37,501 nt of DNA. Origin: a virus (Duplodnaviria; Caudoviricetes). The stretch's first letter is position 1. Each line of letters begins with the position of its first letter. Location: the IMG/VR virus record IMGVR_UViG_3300032212_000074, positions 1-37,501 of that record; one strand, given 5' to 3'. Under the pieces are notes generated by a model. It was not told where the DNA came from. It did not search any database and saw nothing but the letters and a program-made list of their open reading frames with translations. Positions 18,364-27,982 of the stretch are shown one piece after another. A program made the translations under genes and the position numbers.

Positions 18364-19452
18364 TTACATTCTATCAAAGAGCATGTCTGCAACATCCTTA
18401 TTGGAATGCTTGCTTTTCTGCTTAAAGCGTTTCAGCTTGTCGTTCTGCTCTTTCTTAGCAATGATCTTCTTATCGACCGTTGCGCTTGGCTTAACAATTT
18501 TAGGTAGCTTTTTAACCCTTTTCTTAACAACGTCAATCTTGCCTATTTTGCCCTTGTTCTTCATGGCATCCAATGCAAGCTTAACTAATCGATGGTCTAC
18601 GACTTGGCCAACTTCGGTTTCCGAGAATCCATATTCAGTTAAAAAATTACTCATCTCTTTTGCTTGTGACTCCCTAACGGTATTATCTGCCCATTCTGGA
18701 ATCGATGAGATTAGTAATTCACTCTGGTTTGCTAAGTAGGCGTTTTGCTCCTCTTGATGTCTAGCCTGTAATTGCTGCTGTTGTTCGGATAGCTGTTGCT
18801 GTGACTGTGTTTTAATCGTTTCGATTTGCTGCGCTCTTTCGCCAAACTTCTGACGCTGAACCAGCCATTCTTCACGATCTTCAAGCTCTAAAGCATTCCA
18901 ATCAATAGACTGAAACTCTCCCATTAGTTGCTGCTCAAGGTTGGTCGTCATTGCTGCAGCTTCTTGTAATTGCTGCTCCAAATGACCTCTGGCTTGATTC
19001 ACTTCACTTTCAAAGGCTTTCCGGTTATCTGCAAGCTCTGTCGTCTTGCGTCTATAGTCTGCGTCACGCTGATTGCCGTTGCGAAGCTCTGCAAGGGTAA
19101 CTTCTTCTTCTACGCCATCGATTTTGCGAGTAATCTTGATATTTTCCAGAAATTCCTCTGGGGTTAATTCAAGTGCTTCCGCAATCTCATTGACGTTTTC
19201 ATAATGAAGTGTCTCGCCTTCTTCCGCGTCCGGTTCTTGTTCCTCAGACTCTTGTTCTAATTCATTACTTTCTTCATCTGATGTTTCAGTATCTTCTACC
19301 TCGTCATCAGGACTAATATTCTGTTCTTCTACTTCTTCAACAACCTCATCTTTGGTCTGCTCTGCTTCCGTCATTCTGCGCTCAATTTCTTGGGCTGCTG
19401 TTTCGACGTTTGTTACTTCTATTGGTTCAATGGCTGCGTCTGCTTGGCTCAT
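18364..19452 (-). CDS. capsid scaffolding protein
   Basis: Acidic N-terminus, K.DG.E.EVTL.EL..G.QR.ADY.RKT, coiled coil, basic C-terminus; precedes capsid. Confidence 0.85.
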   Translation of the reverse strand: MSQADAAIEPIEVTNVETAAQEIERRMTEAEQTKDEVVEEVEEQNISPDDEVEDTETSDEESNELEQESEEQEPDAEEGETLHYENVNEIAEALELTPEEFLENIKITRKIDGVEEEVTLAELRNGNQRDADYRRKTTELADNRKAFESEVNQARGHLEQQLQEAAAMTTNLEQQLMGEFQSIDWNALELEDREEWLVQRQKFGERAQQIETIKTQSQQQLSEQQQQLQARHQEEQNAYLANQSELLISSIPEWADNTVRESQAKEMSNFLTEYGFSETEVGQVVDHRLVKLALDAMKNKGKIGKIDVVKKRVKKLPKIVKPSATVDKKIIAKKEQNDKLKRFKQKSKHSNKDVADMLFDRM

Positions 19453-19477
19453 TGCGTGTCTCCGTCAAGGGATATTA

Positions 19478-19490
19478 TGTCATCACGACA
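19478..19490 (-). repeat. TGTCGTGATGACA hairpin motif, copy 1
   Basis: Exact 13-mer 25 nt upstream of the scaffold ATG. Confidence 0.9.
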
Positions 19491-19500
19491 AGAAAATCCG

Positions 19501-19821
19501 TTAGTGTTTTAAACCTACCACTTTCTGATTGTATTCTACTACTTTTTCATCATTAATACGATCTTCGATATATTCGATCATTTGATCAAGGATTTGCAGC
19601 CCCTGAGTGTAGCTCATCAGCTCAATATGATTCGATAAATCAGCATGTCTCGCTTGATTATTAAGCCCTTCTTCCATCCCCCTGAATATTTCCATCATTA
19701 AAGGATTAGCTACAATTTCCTTAGCTCTCATGGTGCGCTCTGATGCGTCCATATCATGATCAGCCCAGTGTAAAACCTTACGCTCTGGCTTTGCTTCTTT
19801 TTTCCAAAATTTCCAATTCAT
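19501..19821 (-). CDS. small protein between portal and scaffold
   Basis: ORF track 19501..19851; GGAG spacing favours MNWKFW start at 19821. Confidence 0.7.
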   Translation of the reverse strand: MNWKFWKKEAKPERKVLHWADHDMDASERTMRAKEIVANPLMMEIFRGMEEGLNNQARHADLSNHIELMSYTQGLQILDQMIEYIEDRINDEKVVEYNQKVVGLKH

Positions 19822-19825
19822 TCTC

Positions 19826-19847
19826 ATAGCTCCTATTGGTTGGCTAT
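19826..19847 (-). promoter_or_regulatory. RBS-occluding hairpin ATAGC-CAACC...GGA-GCTAT
   Basis: Second copy at 23756-23779. Confidence 0.65.
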
Positions 19848-22153
19848 TCAATCACCGGCTCAACGCCTATTGGCTCACCGTTATCATCGTATATGATTCG
19901 TCGTGGTCTGTTAGATTGCGCCACCAACGTACTTAATTGATCCTTAAACTGCTCATTAACGCCACTAAGCGCATCTAAATTATCGCTTCTCAGCGTAGCC
20001 ATTTCGCCCAATAACCCATTGATTACCTGATCAAGCTGGTTATCGCTCTGGGTTTGTTGACTGACTAAAGCTGTAGCCACTGATTCCTGCAAGCTTGCGC
20101 CTGTTTTGATCTGCTCAATAGCAATATCAGTTTGTGCTTGTGTATCGACCTTGTAGCGGTCTGATTCTATCTTAGCCGCTTCAATCTGTGGTCTCATACC
20201 CGCTTCATGCTCTCTCAGTGCCATTTCACGTTCTTTAAGATCAATCTCGCGTGATTCCATAGCCGTCTTATGCTCAAGCTCTTTGTTGTCCATCAAGACC
20301 TTATCTTGCTCGATCTTCAATTGTGCTTGAACTAGCATTTCATTAGGGTCTTGCTGTTTCTGTTGTGCTTGCTGCTGTGCGGCTTGCTGTGCTTCTGGGC
20401 TATCCGGATCAGTAAAGTAAGTAGCCGGACTCTTTAAGCCTGCACGTTCAATCAGTCTTGCATAGGTGTTATACAGGTTCTTGACCGTTACCAATGGACT
20501 GCCTTGCATGACGTGTGCTTCTTGTTTCTCTGCAATGGTGAATAACTGCTGCAATTCGGCATCTCGATTGCCAGTACCCAGACCAACCACTACCGTCATA
20601 TTGGCGCGGGTTTTCCACTCAGTAGGATTGATATCAACATACTTATTATTTAACATGATGCCGGTCTTTTCGTCATAGTGCTTAATGACTAGCTCATGAA
20701 CCATCATAAATAATTCTTTGATGCCGGTTTCTGCGAAGGTTCTAGCCAACATCTCTAAACGCTGGTTAGCTTGCTCCATAGCGCCCATAAACGCGCCTTT
20801 GGTGCTTTGTGCTAACGTATCGGCATCTAAACCCATGTTATTGCGGCCTACACCTGTTCTAAACTCACGCATACCGTCCAATAATTCTAACATCGGCATA
20901 CTTGCACCGGCTGTAAATGGTACTGTCAGAGGATTAATTGAACCCATCTGTTTTACACGTTTAACGCCACCGACACAAGATGTAAGTAAATCATCCATAT
21001 TGACCTTACCCTGTAATACTTCTTTTTCAGGGTTATTCGTCAAGTAAAGATTATCAAGCATCTGTCGTGTCAATACTGATCGTATGCGCTGAATATCCAT
21101 AACTAAATCAGCTTCACCTAAACCTAAGTGCTGATGCGGCATAAGAATAGGCGATAAAGCAGGGAATGGAATGAAATCACAAGGCTCCTTATCTAATACC
21201 ACCGTACCAGCCGTGATAACCTTCCATAACTGAGCGCGGCCACTTTCGTCCATGTCCATGCGGATATATGACTCATCAACAACGATTTCACGCATTGATT
21301 GGTCAGCAGGGTCAGACTGTGATGAATCTTCATCATTTAGCTGTTCACGCGCTATCTCAAGCTCACCGTCTTTCTCACCGTCATAACTCGGCAATGACTG
21401 AATAAGCTTTGCATCAAAGCCCATACCGATTAGCTCGGATTGTGTCATGGTGCGTGAATGGCAAACAAAGGGTGAGTCTTTCAGTGAAAGAGAATTAGTT
21501 GATCTGGCTATCCGCAGTTCTTCACTAGGAACAGAAGCAATATTAACTTTCTTTGTAGTGGTGGTGATTTCCAGCTTAATATCATGCAGCTCTACAGGTA
21601 CTTCCATTGGCTGCCCTGTCATCGGGTCGGGTTGTACTTGCATATCTATTCTGACATCATGTTCAAGCTCTTTTGCGCCATCCTGATCTAATACATATTC
21701 TAATTCGGCATCATTTAAGCCTTCATACGTCTCTGTTGTAATCTTTTCTTCTTCATCGATCCAAACCTTTACATAAGCATTTCTTTGCAACAGGGCTGAT
21801 TTAAACCAACTATAGAGAATTTCAAAGCCGTCATTCTCTTTGTTAAAGACGTAGTTTATATAATCGGTTTCTTGATTGGCTTGATCTTCATCCTCTTCAC
21901 CTGTCGGGTCAAACTGCGCTGTTCGCTCACCACTGGCAAATACACGCATCAATGATGGCATGATCCACTCGACAGTTTCTAACACGTCTCGCGTAACAAC
22001 ACTGGATAGGCCATCAACCTCATCACCGTAAGGCCGCCCGAAATAAGCATCCATTGCCTTAGCTTGCTCATTTTGTAGATCAGATGAATAGCCCCCGATA
22101 GAATTGGTGAGCTGTGTTTGTATAATCGATGCAAGCGTATTATCAGATATCAT
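19844..22153 (-). CDS. portal protein (P22/SU10-like) with C-terminal coiled-coil barrel
   Basis: S.VV..DV...VEW.MPSL.R.F, R..LDNLY..NNP motifs; follows TerL. Confidence 0.9.
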   Translation of the reverse strand: MISDNTLASIIQTQLTNSIGGYSSDLQNEQAKAMDAYFGRPYGDEVDGLSSVVTRDVLETVEWIMPSLMRVFASGERTAQFDPTGEEDEDQANQETDYINYVFNKENDGFEILYSWFKSALLQRNAYVKVWIDEEEKITTETYEGLNDAELEYVLDQDGAKELEHDVRIDMQVQPDPMTGQPMEVPVELHDIKLEITTTTKKVNIASVPSEELRIARSTNSLSLKDSPFVCHSRTMTQSELIGMGFDAKLIQSLPSYDGEKDGELEIAREQLNDEDSSQSDPADQSMREIVVDESYIRMDMDESGRAQLWKVITAGTVVLDKEPCDFIPFPALSPILMPHQHLGLGEADLVMDIQRIRSVLTRQMLDNLYLTNNPEKEVLQGKVNMDDLLTSCVGGVKRVKQMGSINPLTVPFTAGASMPMLELLDGMREFRTGVGRNNMGLDADTLAQSTKGAFMGAMEQANQRLEMLARTFAETGIKELFMMVHELVIKHYDEKTGIMLNNKYVDINPTEWKTRANMTVVVGLGTGNRDAELQQLFTIAEKQEAHVMQGSPLVTVKNLYNTYARLIERAGLKSPATYFTDPDSPEAQQAAQQQAQQKQQDPNEMLVQAQLKIEQDKVLMDNKELEHKTAMESREIDLKEREMALREHEAGMRPQIEAAKIESDRYKVDTQAQTDIAIEQIKTGASLQESVATALVSQQTQSDNQLDQVINGLLGEMATLRSDNLDALSGVNEQFKDQLSTLVAQSNRPRRIIYDDNGEPIGVEPVIE

Positions 22154-23490
22154 GCAATGCTGCCATTTTGGTAGTTTAGATCACTGCCCCAATCGTCATT
22201 TGATGACTTATCGGCTTGTGCAAATTGTAAGAATGCGTCAGAGCCATTACTAGCCCAATCGTGGTGTGGCTTACGTTGGAATACCTTGTCATCATCATTG
22301 TATTTATAGCGATAATTACACAAAGCTTCAAATCCCCTCTCGGCTCGTTTCGATCTAGTGTTTAACTCATCAGGCAACCATTCAAGATAGCCTTCACATT
22401 CGCTATCAGCGATTTTATCATCTTTACCCAAATGAAACCAACAATTAGGGAATACATCACGCCCCATCTGGATTGCTGCTGTTTTTTGGCTAATTACTGG
22501 CACTATTTCGATAGGCTTTACCCCGCCATCTTCAAACTGCTCACGGATATTTCTAACCATTCCGAGCCTGTCGTGGTCTGCATCATGTGGCATATAGTGT
22601 GTGCCGTAGTTATAACCAATATCTTTAATGAATTTAGTATAATATTCGACTTCTTCCAACCTACCCTCAAAGTAATCAATAAATCGATACTCAAGCCCTA
22701 CGCGCTGCATAAACCAGAAGGCCGTCTGATCATTCTTACCCAAGTCCGAAAAGGTATCTACTTCGCAGTTTTTCTGTATCGGTATATACGTGATACGGTG
22801 ATTCTTTTTAACATCAACAATCTGTTTGCCAAATATCGCACCCTGAGCAAGTTGTTTAAGCTGGCCTTCCCATACATTGAGGTATTTCTCATAATCCCTC
22901 TCTTTCATTGTTTCCATTTGCTTTTTAAGCACATCAGGAAAGAATTGATTGTCAGTATAGTTGATTAATTTAACCCATGAGTCAGGTGGTGGCTCATCTA
23001 TTACGAATTTCTTATGTAGATAATCAAACTTGAATCGCGTGTTATAAGTACACCAAATCTCTGATTTTTCTTTACGGATTGTAGGATCGATAATATCAAA
23101 GCTGCTCTCTGTAAGGTTCTCAGCCTCCTCTATCCAGCATATATCGATACCCTCTGTGGATTTAATCTCATGGCTATTCATCTTAACACCCATGAACATG
23201 AACTCAGTGCCGTTAATGCCTTTGATTGATGAGTCAGTCACCATATAGAAGTTTTGCAGTTGCATTGCGTCTATCTGATCTTTAAGCAGCTTGTGTACTG
23301 ATTGCTTGATAGATTTCTGTAGCTCACGAGTACAGAGAATGCGAATAGGTGATTGAACACCCTTTAGTAAAAGCTTTCTGGCTACCGTCCACGACTTACC
23401 AGAACCACGACCACCATACATAACTTTGTATCTGTGCGGCTCGTCCAGCTCTTTGAATATCTTAGGGAATACTATCTCGACTTCATTCAT
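22150..23490 (-). CDS. terL: terminase large subunit (PBSX/Terminase_3-like ATPase)
   Basis: Walker A YGGRGSGKS, Walker B ICWIEEA, nuclease DLG..D and P.HDWAS.G.DAF. Confidence 0.95.
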   Translation of the reverse strand: MNEVEIVFPKIFKELDEPHRYKVMYGGRGSGKSWTVARKLLLKGVQSPIRILCTRELQKSIKQSVHKLLKDQIDAMQLQNFYMVTDSSIKGINGTEFMFMGVKMNSHEIKSTEGIDICWIEEAENLTESSFDIIDPTIRKEKSEIWCTYNTRFKFDYLHKKFVIDEPPPDSWVKLINYTDNQFFPDVLKKQMETMKERDYEKYLNVWEGQLKQLAQGAIFGKQIVDVKKNHRITYIPIQKNCEVDTFSDLGKNDQTAFWFMQRVGLEYRFIDYFEGRLEEVEYYTKFIKDIGYNYGTHYMPHDADHDRLGMVRNIREQFEDGGVKPIEIVPVISQKTAAIQMGRDVFPNCWFHLGKDDKIADSECEGYLEWLPDELNTRSKRAERGFEALCNYRYKYNDDDKVFQRKPHHDWASNGSDAFLQFAQADKSSNDDWGSDLNYQNGSIA

Positions 23491-23746
23491 GCTTAACTAA
23501 GATAGCAGGGGGAATAAGCTTTTCGCCATCTTCACCAGTAAGCTCAACAGACTTAACATCTGGAAGCGTCTTTGCTAACAGCTTAAAATAGCCGTCTAGT
23601 TTTAACTTAGCTGCTGGCACATTAAGCGATTCATCATCAGTATCAAGTATTCTATGTACTTGCCTGATGTACTCTCGGCTCTGTAGCTCCTCTCTTAAAG
23701 CTTCGCGCCTTATTTTTTTATTTTGTTCTGCTCTTTTTGCTGCCAT
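23483..23746 (-). CDS. terS: terminase small subunit (putative)
   Basis: Directly upstream of TerL; LL.K.LPD.K.VELTGEDG C-terminus. Confidence 0.7.
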   Translation of the reverse strand: MAAKRAEQNKKIRREALREELQSREYIRQVHRILDTDDESLNVPAAKLKLDGYFKLLAKTLPDVKSVELTGEDGEKLIPPAILVKHE

Positions 23747-23755
23747 TTCAATGTA

Positions 23756-23779
23756 TTAGCTCCGTTAGGGGTTGGCTAA
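23756..23779 (-). promoter_or_regulatory. RBS-occluding hairpin TTAGC-CAACC...GGA-GCTAA
   Basis: Same architecture as 19826-19847; upstream of terS. Confidence 0.65.
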
Positions 23780-23786
23780 ATTATTG

Positions 23787-23840
23787 TTACTTACCGCGAC
23801 CTTTGCCGCCCTTAGTTTTCTTTGGTTTAAAGCATGCCAT
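23787..23840 (-). CDS. 17-aa basic micropeptide MACFKPKKTKGGKGRGK
   Basis: GAGGG RBS 7 nt before ATG; fills the gap before terS. Confidence 0.55.
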   Translation of the reverse strand: MACFKPKKTKGGKGRGK

Positions 23841-23843
23841 TGT

Positions 23844-24029
23844 CTAGCCCTCTGGTTTATCGTCTAACTCTGGTATTAGGTTAAACTCGTCTAGTTGTTG
23901 TTGGAAGTCATCATCAGCGAAGTTAGACATATAGTAAGCAAATCGCATAGCGTCTGCTGTGGCCTCATCTTCTTTGTTGTTGTTTAGCTTATATTCAAAT
24001 AAGTTAATTACGTTGTCTTTGGCTTCCAT
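23844..24029 (-). CDS. acidic hypothetical protein
   Basis: ORF track; AGGTG RBS. Confidence 0.65.
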   Translation of the reverse strand: MEAKDNVINLFEYKLNNNKEDEATADAMRFAYYMSNFADDDFQQQLDEFNLIPELDDKPEG

Positions 24030-24051
24030 AATTCACCTGCTAGGGTGTGGT

Positions 24052-24405
24052 TTAACTTAATAATAGCATTTCTATCGCTTTTCGTCTCTTTATTCGTTTC
24101 TTTCTGATTCTCTCGCTTTCTTGCAGCTCTGCGATTAATTCTCTATCAATACGCTCCGCTTCTAATGTGCTGTCAAAATCTGGCTGTGCTTTCTTAACTA
24201 TCCTTAGTTTAGGTCGCTTTATCTCCTCTATGACTTCCTCTATGAAATCATCTTCTTCCTTTTCCCAAGGCATGAAGCCTTTAGGCATGGGCTTGATTTT
24301 ACGCTTTACACCCCCTGCTAATACCGCTGCTGCCTCACCATCTAGTGAATAGGCATCACCATCAAACGCACTTGTGGAAAACGCAGTTGATGCAAAACTA
24401 GCCAC
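24052..24405 (-). CDS. hypothetical protein coupled to the large virion-like protein
   Basis: GTG start overlapping upstream gene end; AF-repeat N-terminus, charged C-terminus ending LLLS. Confidence 0.65.
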   Translation of the reverse strand: MASFASTAFSTSAFDGDAYSLDGEAAAVLAGGVKRKIKPMPKGFMPWEKEEDDFIEEVIEEIKRPKLRIVKKAQPDFDSTLEAERIDRELIAELQESERIRKKRIKRRKAIEMLLLS

Positions 24406-27400
24406 GCCACAAGTCGCTATCTATTCCGGAACCCAGCACCTCGCTATCGTTCATCGATTTAGTGTTACTGTCCACTTCACCAGTATTTGTGAAGGTAAGC
24501 TGATCTGTCTTTGTTTTGACATCATCAATATAAGGCGCTCTCGTAGTTGTATACCCTTGAGCCGTCAAAGCAGCCTGAACAGTTGCCTGATTAACCGCGT
24601 TGCCTGTCGACACTTCCACAACATAGACCTGTGACTTCCAGTTTACGTCCACGCCATAGCCCGATGTAGTCGGGTCTTTAACTGGGTAGGTATCATCATC
24701 ACGGTATATTCTGGCTGAGTCTGTCTGACGTTTTGATGCTGTTGTGGTGTTGTCAAAGTACAGATTTAGCGTAGCCGTTACTATCTTGTAGTTGCCTGTA
24801 TCAGCAGCGACCACGCCATCCCAGAACATCTCTATGCCGTCTGCTGTGGTTAATTGATAGCAGTAGAAAGAATACGCCTCTTTTGAGTGGAAATTCTCAT
24901 TTGCTGATAGGTCTATTTCGACATTGGTAAAATCTGCCGTGAATTTAGTTACTAATGAGCCGTCATCTGCATTCGTTGCATAAACTGCGTCTGCTGTTTC
25001 ATCACACGCCACACTGAATCCTGTGCTGGTTACGACTGCATTCTGTGCAAAGGTATTGAATGTTGTTGCCCCATTCAGCTCTGAGAACCTTATCCGCGCT
25101 GTATCACCGGCTGCAAACTCCTCTCCGGTTGTGTAATTAGAGCTGTAATTCGCTGTAGCAGGGTCTGCACTGTGGTATTGAACCGCTCGGCAAGTCCACG
25201 TTATATCGTTATCTACAGTCGTGTTTCCTGCTGTGGTATCCCATGTCGGTTCTGTGGTTGCATGGGTAGTGCCTGAGTTATTAGCAACAAAGAATAAACC
25301 TGTGTTGCTGTTCTCAGCGCCTACTCCGGTCGATCTTAGATAATAATCGCCTGCTGTAACGCTTTGACCGGTTGACCATGTTGTACCGGCTCTGCCTGTC
25401 TCGTTAGTGATTTGTAAACGAATATTAGCGCCCGCTGTCGGCATTCCTGTGACCGCTGCTGTCGCTGTAACGGGTACGGTGTAGTAAGTGCCATCATCGG
25501 CCATGTGCTTAATAAAATCAGCGTGTGACGTTGTTCCGTCATTCTTAACAACCCTGATGCCCTTTAGAGCTGCACCAGCCGAGCCAATTAAATCACCACG
25601 CTCTGTGGCATAATCATCCCCGCTTTCAACCACCATGTCAGGCCAGTTAAACGGATCACTGCCCTCAAAGGTCGCGTCTTGAGCTAGATTGTAGTTAATC
25701 CAGCGCATGATATCATCACCCGTATTACCGGCTGCTGAATCAGTAATTGTTATAGAGAAATCTTTACTATTCCACGTTGTTGGTGTTGCGCCGTGATCTG
25801 TAATAACCGGAGGGTTAGCTAAAGCCGGATCGCCTGTTGTGAAATCCGCTATTGCTGTTGGCTGTACCGCTACCACGTACAAAGCATCGGCTAATGTGCC
25901 GTAAGTATCCACAACATCCACTACGCCCTGCATATAGCCATTTTCTTGATACTTAATAACCATGTAACCTGTGTAATCAAAGTTGCCATGAGTCGCATCA
26001 CCGTAAACCTGTATTAACTCATCAACGTCACCTGTATTGGCTGCATTGGTAGGTGCTGCACCATCGACCTGCTGATACTCTGCGGTCATGGTATCGGTAT
26101 CACCAATACTTAAAATAGCCGCCCATGTTGCTGTCAGTGTATCTGTTGCATCCAGATAACGCATACCATCACGGGATAAAAACGCTATATCTGTTGCACT
26201 GCTGAACTCCCATCCGTTTTTCAATGTAAACGAGTCAGAGCCATTAGGTACAATCGGGAATTCGACATTCTTTAACGTGGCCTGCGCTATCCATTCCTCT
26301 ACCATGTGAGAGTAATAATTCTGCAAGGTAGAATCGGTGTTAAGCGTAAATATCTTTGTTCCGGCTGTGGCGCTGGTGTGGGTTGTGTACGTTAAACCAG
26401 AACTAGCAACATATGCACGATCCACCTCTTGATTCACTAATACTGTAGTTTGCGTGGCTCCGACTGTATAACCAGTAACACGAATCAAAATACGTCCTGC
26501 TAAGTAGATAGTGTAATCAATATCTTCTTCAACAGTTGCCGTATAAGTCTCTGATGTACCACTTGATGATGTTGTAAAACGCTCAGTCGTTGTACCAGTA
26601 GCAAAGACTTTAACTTGTGAGCCCGCCACTAAACCACTAAACACAATTCCCTTATCTGGTGCTACTACGGTAATCGTGCCGCCACCGGATGCATTAAGCT
26701 TACCTGCTGCTATTGATGTGCTGGCTGTGACTGTGAGTGTTCCGGTTCCAGTGTATTCAATGTAATAAGTATTATCTGAATCAAACGTGCATTCTGTTAC
26801 ATCAAGTGTGGTGCTGCCTGCTGTATCGACTCGTATAGCGGTTTGATTGCCTGAGAATGTAACATTAGTTAAATTGTTACCCGATGCAGGGTCAAGGTCT
26901 AACGCTACGCCCGTTGCGTTCTTAATTGTTGTACTGGTTAGCGTAGGGTCATTTGTGGTGATTGTTGCGCAAGTGTCGAATAAACACCCTGAGAAAGAAT
27001 GACTATCAACTACCGTCAACTCACCAGCGCCTTTAACTACGCACGATGTATAACTTACTGTTGCCGATGTGCTGCCGATTGAGTTCCAGTAAAAAGACGT
27101 GTCTGAAATCCAGTTACATAACTCAAAATCAATAACATCAGAGGCCGAGGCATTAACTTCAAACCCTAAGTCATTATCATTTATGTGTGCGCGACCCCAA
27201 AGCCCAGTAAAATCTACAGTCTCTGGAAACTCCCAGACTTTCAGCGTCTCTGAAAATTCTGTTGCTGTAGTTCCGTCACCAACACCCCAGCCAAAAAAAC
27301 ATAAATGCATGTTGCCTGTTGGTGAATCGTTTACACCAGTATCATTAGTATTGATGTTCGATGTTATATCAGCAAAATCACCTTTGTTTGCCGTTTCACC

Positions 27401-27982
27401 ATTTACAACTATAAAAGGATCAACATAACCAACCGAGTCAACGTATACCTTTCCGTATGTTTGAGCAAAACTAACAGCGAACCCTAAGTGGGTTATATCT
27501 GACGGATCAAATGTACCTGAATACAGATATGAGTCTGTACTGCGATTAAGATTAACAATAGCCGCCTCATACGCTGCATTCCAGTTATCAACACCGCGAA
27601 CAGAGAAAGCCGCTTCCTCAGTACCTGCACTACCAGAATTAGCCGCCAGCATAATGCCTTTAGAGGATGTCAGTGCTGATGTTTCGCTGCCTGAGTTTCT
27701 GTAATGAATAACAGCGAATCTATTAGCGACAGTAAAATCAGTTGCGGTAACTGCGTAAAGACCACCTAATACAGCCTCTGTGAATGTCGATGCACCTATT
27801 CCTATGCTGCCAGCGCCCGTTTCATTGATGCCAAATTCATAAGCCGCACTTCGTGTACCACTAGATGACAAGGAAGATGTGCCGGTTAATGATGAAGGTG
27901 CGAGAGGCGCGACACCAGTACCACCGCCCGTATCACAAGTATGAAGAACTGTTATACCGCCACTGACTGATGGTGCTGCCAT
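24398..27982 (-). CDS. large Thr/Gly-rich beta-structured virion-like protein (1194 aa)
   Basis: Beta-helix-like central region; W.....V.AGD...SGTT..TEPTW.T..G.T.VD..ITW module typical of phage fibres. Confidence 0.7.
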   Translation of the reverse strand: MAAPSVSGGITVLHTCDTGGGTGVAPLAPSSLTGTSSLSSSGTRSAAYEFGINETGAGSIGIGASTFTEAVLGGLYAVTATDFTVANRFAVIHYRNSGSETSALTSSKGIMLAANSGSAGTEEAAFSVRGVDNWNAAYEAAIVNLNRSTDSYLYSGTFDPSDITHLGFAVSFAQTYGKVYVDSVGYVDPFIVVNGETANKGDFADITSNINTNDTGVNDSPTGNMHLCFFGWGVGDGTTATEFSETLKVWEFPETVDFTGLWGRAHINDNDLGFEVNASASDVIDFELCNWISDTSFYWNSIGSTSATVSYTSCVVKGAGELTVVDSHSFSGCLFDTCATITTNDPTLTSTTIKNATGVALDLDPASGNNLTNVTFSGNQTAIRVDTAGSTTLDVTECTFDSDNTYYIEYTGTGTLTVTASTSIAAGKLNASGGGTITVVAPDKGIVFSGLVAGSQVKVFATGTTTERFTTSSSGTSETYTATVEEDIDYTIYLAGRILIRVTGYTVGATQTTVLVNQEVDRAYVASSGLTYTTHTSATAGTKIFTLNTDSTLQNYYSHMVEEWIAQATLKNVEFPIVPNGSDSFTLKNGWEFSSATDIAFLSRDGMRYLDATDTLTATWAAILSIGDTDTMTAEYQQVDGAAPTNAANTGDVDELIQVYGDATHGNFDYTGYMVIKYQENGYMQGVVDVVDTYGTLADALYVVAVQPTAIADFTTGDPALANPPVITDHGATPTTWNSKDFSITITDSAAGNTGDDIMRWINYNLAQDATFEGSDPFNWPDMVVESGDDYATERGDLIGSAGAALKGIRVVKNDGTTSHADFIKHMADDGTYYTVPVTATAAVTGMPTAGANIRLQITNETGRAGTTWSTGQSVTAGDYYLRSTGVGAENSNTGLFFVANNSGTTHATTEPTWDTTAGNTTVDNDITWTCRAVQYHSADPATANYSSNYTTGEEFAAGDTARIRFSELNGATTFNTFAQNAVVTSTGFSVACDETADAVYATNADDGSLVTKFTADFTNVEIDLSANENFHSKEAYSFYCYQLTTADGIEMFWDGVVAADTGNYKIVTATLNLYFDNTTTASKRQTDSARIYRDDDTYPVKDPTTSGYGVDVNWKSQVYVVEVSTGNAVNQATVQAALTAQGYTTTRAPYIDDVKTKTDQLTFTNTGEVDSNTKSMNDSEVLGSGIDSDLWRG

